From Limisphaerales bacterium (GTDB lineage Bacteria; Verrucomicrobiota; Verrucomicrobiia; Limisphaerales; UBA11358), in the NCBI GenBank assembly GCA_025360325.1, contig JANYCI010000020.1, forward strand, positions 1 through 46,949: 46,949 bases of DNA, written 5' to 3'. Below the pieces are notes generated by a model. It was not told the origin of the DNA, searched no databases, and saw nothing but the letters and a program-made list of their open reading frames with translations. Both the position numbers and the translations under genes were made by a program. Numbering within the stretch: the stretch's first letter is position 1; each line of letters begins with the position of its first letter. Below are positions 7,713 to 16,821 of the stretch, in pieces.

Positions 7713-8204
7713 ATGAGCCAGGCCAGTGACCCGCTTCAGCGGATTGCGCCCAGCGTCAAGCTGGGCAAGAACACCCGCGTCTTCGGTTTCACCAATCTTT
7801 ACGGATGTGAAATTGGCGACGACAGCAAAGTCGGCACATTCGTAGAAATCCAGAAAGGCTCGAAGATTGGCAACCGTTGCAAAATTTCGAGCCACACGTT
7901 TATCTGCGAAGGCGTGACCATTGAGGACGATGTATTCATCGGGCACAACGTCGTTTTCACGAATGACAAGTTTCCGCGCGCCACGACGAACGGCCAGTTG
8001 CAAACGGAAGCCGACTGGGTCTGCATCCCGACACTGGTGAAAAAAGGCGCGTCCATCGGCTCCGGCGCCGTGCTGCTTTGCGGCATCACCATTGGCGAAA
8101 ACGCGTTGGTCGGCGCAGGCAGCGTGGTGACAAAAGATGTTCCCGCAGGCGCGACGGTGGTGGGCAATCCGGCGCGGCTCGTGAAACCGCGCGCGGTGAA
8201 GTAA
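7713..8204 (+). CDS. Left-handed beta-helix (hexapeptide) N-acetyltransferase, WbpD-like
   Basis: Hexapeptide repeats (IGDDSKVGTFVEIQKGSKIGNRCKISSHTFICEGVTIEDDVFIGHNVVF...). Paralogue of the 16329-16793 product. It sits directly after the oxidoreductase. Confidence 0.85.
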   Translation: MSQASDPLQRIAPSVKLGKNTRVFGFTNLYGCEIGDDSKVGTFVEIQKGSKIGNRCKISSHTFICEGVTIEDDVFIGHNVVFTNDKFPRATTNGQLQTEADWVCIPTLVKKGASIGSGAVLLCGITIGENALVGAGSVVTKDVPAGATVVGNPARLVKPRAVK

Positions 8205-8209
8205 TTTTT

Positions 8210-9223
8210 TTGCGGCAGATCAATCCACTTGAGCAACCGGACTGGGATGGAAAACTGACGGCGGATCCGCAGTTTTCATTTTTCCACGGCTCGGCTTGGC
8301 TCAAAGTCCTGACCGCGACTTACGGTTTCACACCGCTTTTTTTGGAACACGAAAAAGCCTTGTGGCCATTGATGGAAGTGAATAGCTGGCTGACAGGCAA
8401 GCGCGGGGTTTCGCTGCCGTTCACGGACAATGTCGAGCCGCTCGGCGCGGATAAAAAGACTTTTGGGGAGATTTTTTCGGCAGCGGTTGACCTCGGGAAA
8501 AAACGCGGCTGGAAATATCTCGAAGGTCGCGGCGGGAAAAATCTTTTGGCGGATGCACAGGCCTCGATTTCGTTTTACGGACATACGTTGGCCCTGCACG
8601 CGGACGAGGCGAAAATGTTCGACGCGATGGACGGTTCGATGCGCCGCGCCATCCGCAAAGCCGAAAAAGAAAACGTCACGGTGGAGATTTCTCAGTCCGA
8701 GGCGGCGCTGCGCGATTTCTTTTATTTACAGTGCCTGACGCGGAAACGTCACGGGTTGCCACCGCAGTCGCTCGATTTTTTTCTGAACATCCACAAGTTT
8801 ATCCTGTCTCAAAACCTCGGCTTCGTGGCGGTGGCGAGCCACGGCGGAAAAAAAATCGCGGCGTCGGTTTATTTTTTTCTGGGCGGGAAGGCGATTTACA
8901 AATACGGCGCGTCGGATTTTGCCCATCAAGATTTGCGCGGCACGAATCTGGTGATGTGGGCGGCAATGCGGCGGTTGGCGCGGGACGGGGTGAAGAGTTT
9001 GCATCTTGGCAAAACCTCGCTGGCGCATGACGGTTTGCGGCGGTTCAAGTTGAACTTGGGCGCGGCGGAGGAAACTTTGGACTATTTCCGTTACGATTTT
9101 CGCCGATGTCAGTTTGTCACGGACAAAGATTCCGTGGCGGGCTGGCATAATCGGGTGTTTGGCGCGCTGCCGCTACCGGCGGCGCGGCTGGCGGGACGGC
9201 TGCTCTATAAACATTGGGCGTGA
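8210..9223 (+). CDS. FemAB/CelD-type GNAT acyltransferase (resembles the EPS-locus FemAB-related family)
   Basis: The C-terminal GNAT-like core is KIAASVYFFLGGKAIYKYGASD...GTNLVMWAAMRRLARDGVKSLHLG...GLRRFKLNLGA. The ORF-track start at 8078 (TTG) overlaps the upstream gene by 127 nt. The only in-frame start after that gene's stop is the TTG at 8210, which gives a family-typical 337 aa. Confidence 0.7.
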   Translation: MRQINPLEQPDWDGKLTADPQFSFFHGSAWLKVLTATYGFTPLFLEHEKALWPLMEVNSWLTGKRGVSLPFTDNVEPLGADKKTFGEIFSAAVDLGKKRGWKYLEGRGGKNLLADAQASISFYGHTLALHADEAKMFDAMDGSMRRAIRKAEKENVTVEISQSEAALRDFFYLQCLTRKRHGLPPQSLDFFLNIHKFILSQNLGFVAVASHGGKKIAASVYFFLGGKAIYKYGASDFAHQDLRGTNLVMWAAMRRLARDGVKSLHLGKTSLAHDGLRRFKLNLGAAEETLDYFRYDFRRCQFVTDKDSVAGWHNRVFGALPLPAARLAGRLLYKHWA

Positions 9224-9258
9224 TTTTTGCGGATAAACTGGATTTACTTTGAACTTGA

Positions 9259-11493
9259 ATGAATAACGAGAACAACCACCGAAACTTTGAACCGTCCGTG
9301 GGCTTCAGCCTCGCGGACATCTATTTCATTTTGTTCCGGCACAAACGGGCGATTGTGGTTTTGACGCTGCTGGGGATCGCGGCGGGCGTGGCTTATTATT
9401 TCACGCAGGATCCGCCCTACCAATCGGATGCCAAGCTGTTGATCAAATACATCACGGAAACCCACGACGAAACGTCCAAAAATCAGAATGGGCGCATCAA
9501 GGAGACGGGCGACCAAGCGGCTAACGTGCTGCTGGCGGAAGCGGAAATCATGTCGTCATTTGGCCTGTTCAGCACGGTGGCGACGAATGTCGGTGCGGAC
9601 AAAATTTTAGCGAAGCTGGGTGGCGGTAAAGATGCCATCGTGGCGGCGTCCCAGATCAAGCGTAATTTGAAGATTCTCCCGGCGAAAGAGAGCAGTGTCA
9701 TCACGATTTCCTACAGCCATCCCGACCTGGAAATGTGCCGGCCAGTTTTGGAAGTGTTCATTGAGAACTATTTGGAGCTTTCACGGCGCACGCACCAAGC
9801 CATCGGGATTTCCGATGAAGCTTTGCAGGACCGCATCAATAGTATGCGCCTGCAGATAAATCAGATTGACGACGAGATCCGCGTTGCCAAGACGAACGCA
9901 GGCATTGTGGATCTGGCGGGCGCCAAAAAATCGTATCAAGACGAAATGGATTACATCAGCCGGGAGCTGTTCACGCAGCAAGCGGAAATGGCCAGTCAGA
10001 CTGATAGCACCCCCAAAAATTCCGTCACGCCTAGCGCAAGCGACGGAACCAATACCAATGCGGTGGCCACCCCTCCGGCGGCGGAGATCGCCCGTTACAA
10101 AAACGCCGTCTCCCGGCTGGCCATGTTCCAGCGAAAAGAAGACGACTATCTCTACAAAATGGGCTACACGGAATCCAATAAGCTGGTTTTGGAAGTTCGT
10201 GACAACATTGACCAGGTCAGTAAGACCAAAACGGCACTCGAAGAAAAATTTCCATCGCTGGCAGAAATGGTTTTTCCGCCAGTGGACACCTCGTTATTCA
10301 ACACCCCGGCCACTTCACCAGCGGCGGCCAATTTTTCGCCGCAGCGCATGAAAAAATTGGAAGCCCAACTAGAACTCGTCAAAGCTCGCGCCATCAAACT
10401 GGACGAGGCGGAAAGCAAGATCGGTGATTTGATGCGCCGTAAAACGACGTTGGATGACAATTACAAGCAGAGCAGTATGCAGATTGAACAGAACCGCATC
10501 CTGCAGGCTTACGGGCTGGGGCAAATCTCAAACATCGCCGTCATTGATCCGCCCACGCCGCCGTCCAAATTTTTGGGGAAATTTCATAAGATCATCGGCG
10601 GACTGGCTCTCAGCGGGTTTCTCGCCGGAATTTTTTGGGCTTTCTTGTTCGAGCTTTACTTTGACCGCACGGTGAAACGCGCGAGTGAAATCGAAAAGAA
10701 ATTGCATATCCCGCTATTCCTCGCCATCCCCGCGATCGGCAAGAGCGACCGGAAACTGCTCGCGGCTCCCAGTCGGCAAACGGAATTCGATGGCCCGGCT
10801 CCGTCCGGCGCTCTGGTGAAGACAGCCAGTCTCGAAATGAATTCCGCCCACGTCAATCATGCGCTCGATTCGCACTATGATGCGTTGCGCGACCGACTGG
10901 TGCTTTACTTTGAATCCATCAATCTCACGCGCAAACCCAAGCTCGTGGCGGTGACGAGTGCCGGACGTGGCGCGGGTGTGAGCACCATTGCCTCCGGCCT
11001 CGCGGCGTCACTTTCTGAAACCGGCGACGGACGTGTGCTGCTGGTGGACATGAACCAGGAGAACGGCGGCGCGCAGCAATTTTTCCACGGCAAGGCGAAT
11101 TGCAAATTGGACGACGCATTGCTCCGCGACAAGCGTGACGAGGCGCTCGTGTCGGAACGGCTCTACGTCGTCTCCGAAGGTTCGGCGAGCGACAAACTGT
11201 CGCGCGTGTTACCGAAACGTTTTGCCACGCTCGTGCCACAGCTCAAGGCAAGTGATTACGATTATATTATTTTTGATATGCCGCCCGTTTCACAAACCAG
11301 CATCACCACGCGGCTCGCCGGTTTCATGGACACGGTGATGCTCGTCATCGAGTCGGAAAAAACCGACCGCGACCGGGTGCAACAGGCCCATGCGCTCCTC
11401 GCCCATTCCAAGGCCAATGTCACGGCGGTATTGAACAAGACCAAGCAGCACGTTCCGGGACGGCTCACTCACGACATCAACGCCAAAGCTTGA
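9259..11493 (+). CDS. Polysaccharide co-polymerase (Wzz/PCP-2a-like) fused to a degenerate BY-kinase-like P-loop ATPase domain
   Basis: N-terminal TM helix plus a PYQSDAKLLIKY Wzz-type motif. A long coiled-coil periplasmic region ends in a Pro-rich motif (DPPTPPSK) before TM2. The C-terminal domain has a Walker A-like SAGRGAGVST, a Walker A'-like VLLVDMN and a Walker B-like YDYIIFDMPP. Confidence 0.85.
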   Translation: MNNENNHRNFEPSVGFSLADIYFILFRHKRAIVVLTLLGIAAGVAYYFTQDPPYQSDAKLLIKYITETHDETSKNQNGRIKETGDQAANVLLAEAEIMSSFGLFSTVATNVGADKILAKLGGGKDAIVAASQIKRNLKILPAKESSVITISYSHPDLEMCRPVLEVFIENYLELSRRTHQAIGISDEALQDRINSMRLQINQIDDEIRVAKTNAGIVDLAGAKKSYQDEMDYISRELFTQQAEMASQTDSTPKNSVTPSASDGTNTNAVATPPAAEIARYKNAVSRLAMFQRKEDDYLYKMGYTESNKLVLEVRDNIDQVSKTKTALEEKFPSLAEMVFPPVDTSLFNTPATSPAAANFSPQRMKKLEAQLELVKARAIKLDEAESKIGDLMRRKTTLDDNYKQSSMQIEQNRILQAYGLGQISNIAVIDPPTPPSKFLGKFHKIIGGLALSGFLAGIFWAFLFELYFDRTVKRASEIEKKLHIPLFLAIPAIGKSDRKLLAAPSRQTEFDGPAPSGALVKTASLEMNSAHVNHALDSHYDALRDRLVLYFESINLTRKPKLVAVTSAGRGAGVSTIASGLAASLSETGDGRVLLVDMNQENGGAQQFFHGKANCKLDDALLRDKRDEALVSERLYVVSEGSASDKLSRVLPKRFATLVPQLKASDYDYIIFDMPPVSQTSITTRLAGFMDTVMLVIESEKTDRDRVQQAHALLAHSKANVTAVLNKTKQHVPGRLTHDINAKA

Positions 11494-11555
11494 TCGGTCT
11501 GACTGAAACCGCCGTCCGCAGGGGAAAAATTCTAGGGCGCGAACCTGAATCTACC

Positions 11556-13727
11556 ATGTTGTTCAACCGACTTTACTACCGGTTCAAGCCCTATCTGCCG
11601 TGGCCTTGGCGCATGGGTGCGCGGCATCTGCTCGCGGCGGCGCAACGGCGGCTATATGCGGATACTTGGCCGATTGACCCACAGGCGGGCGCGGTTCCCG
11701 CCAACTGGACTGGCTGGCCCGAGGGAAAAAAATTCGCTTTCGTTCTGACGCACGACGTGGAAGGCTCCATCGGTTTGGAAAAAGTCCGCGCCTTGATGGA
11801 ACTCGAAATGCGCCAAGGTTTTTGTTCCTCATTCAATTTTGTGCCGGAAGGCGAATACCGGGTGCCGCCCGCGTTGCGCGCCGAATTAGATCGCAACGGT
11901 TTTGAAGTCGGCGTCCACGATTTGCGCCACGACGGCAAACTATTCTGGCCCTCGAAGTTCGATCAGAACATCCGCCGCATCAACAATTACATCCGCGACT
12001 GGCAGACCAAGGGTTTTCGTAGCGGCTTCATGCTGCACGACCGCAAATTTTTAGATGCGCTAGACATCGAATACGACGCCTCCCGGTTTGACACCGACCC
12101 GTTCGAGCCGCAGCCCAACGGCGTCCGCACCATTTTTCCCTTCTGGGTGGCGCGTCCGCAAGGCGGTGGTTATGTCGAACTGCCTTACACGCTGTCGCAG
12201 GACTCGACGATATTCTTCGTGCTGCGGGAAAAAAACACCGACATTTGGAAACGTAAACTGGATTGGATCGTCGCGCACGGCGGCATGGTGCTCGTCAACA
12301 TCCACCCGGACTACATCAATTTCAAAGGTAGCCAGCCTGAACCTTCCGAGTATGGCGTGGAACTCTACGCAGAATTTCTCGCGTTCGTGGCCAAGCACTA
12401 TGCTGGTCAATACTGGAACGCCTTGCCGCGCGAAGTCGCCAGCTGGTATCGCGAACAATCCGGCCACAACCCAACTTCTGCCGCCACGCCTGATCGGGTA
12501 AAACCCGCGCTAACATTGAAGAAAAAGCGCGCTGCCGTCGTCCTCTATTCCTATTACGCCAACGATCCTCGTCCGCGCCGCGAGGCCGAGACCTTGCAGC
12601 AAGCCGGGATGGAAGTAGATGTCATCTGCCTCCGCGAAAGCGCCGGGGAACCCAAGAACGAAATCCTAAACGGCGTCAACATTCACCGCGTTTCACTCAA
12701 ACGCCGTCGCTCCGGTGCGTTGGTCTATGCGTTCCAGTATTTCTGGTTTCTGGTGAATGCCTTTTTCATCCTCGCCGGCTGGCGGTTCCGAAAAAACTAC
12801 GATCTCGTCCACGTTCACAATATGCCGGACTTCCTCGTGTTCAGCGCACTCGTGCCGAAGCTCACCGGTGCCAAAGTGATTTTAGATCTGCACGACCCGA
12901 TGCCCGAACTGATGGTCACCATTTTTGGCCTTCCAGAAAATAGCCTCGTCGTCCGCGCGTTAAAATGGTTCGAGCGTTTGAGCATTGGTTTTGCCGACCA
13001 CGTTTTTACCGTGAACCTCGCCTGCAAAAAAATCTTCTCTGCGCGGAGCTGCCCGGCGGAAAAAATTGACGTGCTGCTCAACGTCCCAGACGAGCGCGTG
13101 TTTCAGTATCACGACAGTGCAGATTATCCGGCGCGCGACCAAAAAGCGCCGTTCGTGATCATGTATCATGGCTCGCTCGTCGAACGCAACGGCCTTGATC
13201 TCGCGGTGGAAGCGCTGCGCCTCTGCCAGAAAAATGTTCCCAACGTGCAGCTCCATATCTACGGTGGCCGCACCGCCTATCTCGACACCGTGCTCGAAAA
13301 CGCCAGTAAAAACGGGCTGAACGGCGCGGTTCGACATTTCGGCGCGAAACCGCACGCAGAGATTACCCGCGCCATCCGGCAATGCGATGTCGGCATCATC
13401 CCGAATCGGCTCAACGCCTTCACCGAGATCAACACGCCCACGCGCATCTTTGAATACCTCTCGCTCGGCAAGCCTGTCATCGCGCCGCGCGCCACTGGCA
13501 TCACCGATTATTTTGGCGCGGACGACCTGATTTTTTTTCAGCTCGGCGACACGCCTGACCTCGCAAAAAAAATCGAGTTCGCCTGTCGCGAGCCGGAAAA
13601 AGTCCGCGAAATCACCCGGCGCGGCCAAGTCATTTACCGCAAACATTGTTGGAGCCAGGAAAAATTTTTACTGCTCGACCGCGTCGGCGGCCTGCTGGCG
13701 GACGATGAGACGTGCGTTCTAAAATGA
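11556..13727 (+). CDS. Fusion protein: N-terminal polysaccharide-deacetylase-like domain plus C-terminal GT4 (GT-B) glycosyltransferase
   Basis: The N-terminal half has FAFVLTHDVEGS...VGVHDLRHDG...NIHPDY (deacetylase-like barrel motifs). From about 12520 the sequence is a GT4 type: AAVVLYSYYANDPRPRREAETL...VIMYHGSLVERNGLD...TEINTPTRIFEYLSLGKPVIAP. ATG at 11556 is preferred over the TTG at 11490. Confidence 0.8.
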   Translation: MLFNRLYYRFKPYLPWPWRMGARHLLAAAQRRLYADTWPIDPQAGAVPANWTGWPEGKKFAFVLTHDVEGSIGLEKVRALMELEMRQGFCSSFNFVPEGEYRVPPALRAELDRNGFEVGVHDLRHDGKLFWPSKFDQNIRRINNYIRDWQTKGFRSGFMLHDRKFLDALDIEYDASRFDTDPFEPQPNGVRTIFPFWVARPQGGGYVELPYTLSQDSTIFFVLREKNTDIWKRKLDWIVAHGGMVLVNIHPDYINFKGSQPEPSEYGVELYAEFLAFVAKHYAGQYWNALPREVASWYREQSGHNPTSAATPDRVKPALTLKKKRAAVVLYSYYANDPRPRREAETLQQAGMEVDVICLRESAGEPKNEILNGVNIHRVSLKRRRSGALVYAFQYFWFLVNAFFILAGWRFRKNYDLVHVHNMPDFLVFSALVPKLTGAKVILDLHDPMPELMVTIFGLPENSLVVRALKWFERLSIGFADHVFTVNLACKKIFSARSCPAEKIDVLLNVPDERVFQYHDSADYPARDQKAPFVIMYHGSLVERNGLDLAVEALRLCQKNVPNVQLHIYGGRTAYLDTVLENASKNGLNGAVRHFGAKPHAEITRAIRQCDVGIIPNRLNAFTEINTPTRIFEYLSLGKPVIAPRATGITDYFGADDLIFFQLGDTPDLAKKIEFACREPEKVREITRRGQVIYRKHCWSQEKFLLLDRVGGLLADDETCVLK

Positions 13728-15304
13728 TTTCCGTCGCCGCCAACAACGAAGACCACCCAGTCGTCGCCGAGTTCTTTGAACTCTTCAAAACGCCGTGGGA
13801 ATTTTTCCAGCCGGGTTGCCGCGCGGAGATTTTGTTGTGCGCCCAAACAGAAATTCCGGCAAGCGACGCCAAGCTGGTTTTGATTTATGGCAGCGAACTG
13901 AATTCCTTTGACCGTGCGCAATCGGCACCCATTCGGCCGCAAGGCGCGGGAAAATTTTTGACGCACGCTGGAAAAACATTTCCAATCTACGGACACAGTC
14001 TCGCGTTTGAAAATTCGCCCTGTCCCGCGCTGCTGGAAACCAAACGTGGCGAGCAAACGATTGTCCGCATTGGCTACGATTTGTTTTCGGAAATCCGCCA
14101 ACTCCTCACCGTCGGGCAGCCGATGGCGCACGCCGCCACGCCGACGCTTGAACGGCACATTGAATTATTGCGCGAACTGATTTTGCGCCACGCCGCGCCG
14201 TTGCTGGAAATTCCGCCCGTGCCCACCGGACACAATTTCATCGCGTGCCTGACGCACGACGTGGACCACGTCGGCATCCGCAACCACAAGTTCGATCACA
14301 CGCTGTTCGGTTTTCTTTTTCGCGCGACGCTCGGCTCGGTATTGGACGTGGGGCGCGGCAAAAAAACTTTCGGTCAACTGTTCACGAACTGGCTCGCGGT
14401 TTTGAAACTGCCGTTCGTGCATTTGGGTTTGGCGAAAGATTTTTGGTATCAGTTCGATCATTACGTCGAACTTGAAAACGGCGCGGCCTCGACGTTTTTT
14501 GTGATTCCGAAAAAAGGCGAGACCGGCCTTGACGCGAAAGGTAATCGTTCGCCGAAACGCGCAGCGAGCTACGACGCGCGTGATTTGAAAGAAATTTTGG
14601 TCGGCTTGAAAAACAGCGGCAAAGAAATCGGCACGCACGGCCTCGATGCGTGGCGCGATGCCGCCGCCGGGCGCGAGGAGAAAAAAATCATTTCCGAAAT
14701 CACTGGCGCGAATGAAACCGGCGTGCGGATGCACTGGCTTTATTTTGGCGAACAATCGCACGCGATTTTGGAAGATGCGGGTTTCACTTATGATTCGACG
14801 GTGGGTTACAACGGCACCGTCGGTTATCGCGCCGGGACTACGCAAGTTTTCAAGCCGCTGACGGTAAAGAAATTATTGGAATTGCCGATGCACGCGATGG
14901 ACACGGCGCTGTTTTACCCGTCGTATCTGAATTTATCACCGCAGCAGGCGGCGGAAAAAATGTCGCCGCTGATACATTTTGCCGCGCAAAATGGCGGTGC
15001 CTTCGTGGTGAACTGGCACGACCGCAGCCTTGCGCCGGAGCGTTTGTGGGATGGCAGCTATGGCGAACTGATTTCGGAATGTAAAAAATCCGGCGCGTGG
15101 TTCGCGACGGCGGGACAGACGGTGGAATGGTTCCGGCAGCGGCGCGAGACGGGTTTTGAGTGCAGCGGTCGCAGCGTGAAAATCCGGGCGAGAAAATCCA
15201 GCGCGGATAATTTGCCCGGCCAGCGTGTGCGGATTCACACGGCGGCGGAAAAATTTTCCGAGCAGGAATTGTGCGACGGGATGGAAGTGAGTCTCGCGGT
15301 TTGA
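13724..15304 (+). CDS. Polysaccharide-deacetylase-like protein with an uncharacterised N-terminal domain
   Basis: The ATG at 13724 overlaps the upstream stop (ATGA). Motifs are IACLTHDVDHVG, GTHGLDAW and RMHWLYF. No signal peptide is evident. Confidence 0.65.
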   Translation: MISVAANNEDHPVVAEFFELFKTPWEFFQPGCRAEILLCAQTEIPASDAKLVLIYGSELNSFDRAQSAPIRPQGAGKFLTHAGKTFPIYGHSLAFENSPCPALLETKRGEQTIVRIGYDLFSEIRQLLTVGQPMAHAATPTLERHIELLRELILRHAAPLLEIPPVPTGHNFIACLTHDVDHVGIRNHKFDHTLFGFLFRATLGSVLDVGRGKKTFGQLFTNWLAVLKLPFVHLGLAKDFWYQFDHYVELENGAASTFFVIPKKGETGLDAKGNRSPKRAASYDARDLKEILVGLKNSGKEIGTHGLDAWRDAAAGREEKKIISEITGANETGVRMHWLYFGEQSHAILEDAGFTYDSTVGYNGTVGYRAGTTQVFKPLTVKKLLELPMHAMDTALFYPSYLNLSPQQAAEKMSPLIHFAAQNGGAFVVNWHDRSLAPERLWDGSYGELISECKKSGAWFATAGQTVEWFRQRRETGFECSGRSVKIRARKSSADNLPGQRVRIHTAAEKFSEQELCDGMEVSLAV

Positions 15305-15323
15305 AATTTTTAGAATCAAAATT

Positions 15324-16325
15324 ATGAAAGATAAATTCGTAGTCGCCCAACTGGGCTGTGGTTACTGGGGGCCGAACCTGCTCCGCAATTTTTCCGCGTT
15401 AAAAAATTGCTGGGTAAAATATGTCGTGGATGCCAGCGCCGAGCGCCGCGCGTTTGTGGAAAGTAATTTTCCCAAGACGAAGGCCTTGGATTCGCATCAC
15501 GCGGTTTATGCCGATCCTGAAGTGGATGCGGTGATCATCGCCACGCCCGCCGCCTCGCATTTTGAACTCGCGCTCGCCGCGCTGCACGCGGGTAAAAATG
15601 TTTTCGTGGAAAAACCGCTCGCGACGAAGGCGTCCGAAGTGGACGAGCTTGCAAAAGTTGCGAAGGAAAAAAATCTCACGGTGATGGTCGGTCACACGTT
15701 CATTTATAATTCCGCCGTGCGCTTCGTGAAGAAGATGATTGATTCCGGCGACCTCGGCGAAGTCCGTTACATTTACAGCCAGCGTCTGAACCTCGGACGC
15801 ATCCGTTCGGACATTGACGCGCTCTGGAATTTTGCGCCGCACGACATCAGCATCATTCAGTATTGGCTGGGCGATCCCACGCCGTCGTCCGTGACGCGCA
15901 ATGGCATGGATTATATGCAAAGCGGCATTGACGACGTGGTGTTTCTCAATTTGAAGTATCCAAACAAAGTCATGGCGAACATCCATGTGAGCTGGCTCGA
16001 TCCGCAAAAAGTTCGCAAGATGATCGTCGTCGGCTCCAAGAAAATGGTAGTGTATGACGATGTGGCGGATGACAAGATCGCCATATATGACAAGGGCATT
16101 GATAAGAAAGCGGTCTTGGGCGAGAACATGGATTTCGATGCGCCGCAGCCGCCAGAATTTAATTATCGTAGCGGCGACATTCTGTTGCCGCAGGTGAAAT
16201 TTGTGGAGCCGTTGAAAGTGGAGGCGGAACATTTCATTGATTGCATCAAAAACAAAACCACGCCGCTGACCGGTCTCGCGCACGCGCGCACGGTGGTTTC
16301 CATTTTAGAACAGGCGGGAAAATAA
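15324..16325 (+). CDS. Gfo/Idh/MocA-family sugar-nucleotide oxidoreductase, WbpB-like (paralogue 2)
   Basis: VAQLGCGYWGPNLLRNF, VEKP and HVSWLDPQKVRKMIVVGSKKMVVYDD. It aligns along its whole length with the 6404-7705 product. Confidence 0.9.
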   Translation: MKDKFVVAQLGCGYWGPNLLRNFSALKNCWVKYVVDASAERRAFVESNFPKTKALDSHHAVYADPEVDAVIIATPAASHFELALAALHAGKNVFVEKPLATKASEVDELAKVAKEKNLTVMVGHTFIYNSAVRFVKKMIDSGDLGEVRYIYSQRLNLGRIRSDIDALWNFAPHDISIIQYWLGDPTPSSVTRNGMDYMQSGIDDVVFLNLKYPNKVMANIHVSWLDPQKVRKMIVVGSKKMVVYDDVADDKIAIYDKGIDKKAVLGENMDFDAPQPPEFNYRSGDILLPQVKFVEPLKVEAEHFIDCIKNKTTPLTGLAHARTVVSILEQAGK

Positions 16326-16328
16326 TTT

Positions 16329-16793
16329 ATGGGCGAACCCAAAATCAAAAAGGCCGGCATCGTGGACACGAAGTTCGGCGACAACGTCACGGTCGTCGAA
16401 CCGGCAAACATCTATGGCGCGACGATTGGCGACAACACGTTCATCGGGCCATTCGTGGAAATCCAGCGCGGCGCGGTGATTGGCAAGCGTTGCAAAATCC
16501 AGTCGCACGCGTTCGTGTGCGACCTCGTGACCATCGGCGACGACTCGGTCGTGGCGCACGGCGTGATGTTCATCAACGATCTTTTCAAAACGGGTGGCCC
16601 GGCGAATAACAACCGCGATTTGTGGGCCTACACCAAAATTGGCAATCACGTCAGCATCGGTTCCAACGCGACGATTCTGGCCGTGAACATTTGCGATCAT
16701 GTCGTCATCGGCGCGGGATCCGTCGTGACGAAAGACATCACTAAGCCCGGCACTTACGCGGGAAATCCGGCGAAATTTTTGCGCGCACTTTGA
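16329..16793 (+). CDS. Hexapeptide N-acetyltransferase, WbpD-like (paralogue 2)
   Basis: IGDNTFIGPFVEIQRGAVIGKRCKIQSHAFVCDLVTIGDDSVVAHGVMF aligns with the 7713-8204 product. It starts 4 nt after the oxidoreductase stop. Confidence 0.9.
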   Translation: MGEPKIKKAGIVDTKFGDNVTVVEPANIYGATIGDNTFIGPFVEIQRGAVIGKRCKIQSHAFVCDLVTIGDDSVVAHGVMFINDLFKTGGPANNNRDLWAYTKIGNHVSIGSNATILAVNICDHVVIGAGSVVTKDITKPGTYAGNPAKFLRAL

Positions 16794-16821
16794 AATTAAA
16801 ATCTTAAAAAATATTTATCAC

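Noticed and set aside
8078-8209. Longer TTG-initiated version of the FemAB-like ORF (381 aa).
   Set aside because: It would overlap the acetyltransferase gene by 127 nt, and the extra residues are an Arg/Gly-rich out-of-frame read of that gene. The TTG at 8210 gives a family-typical length.
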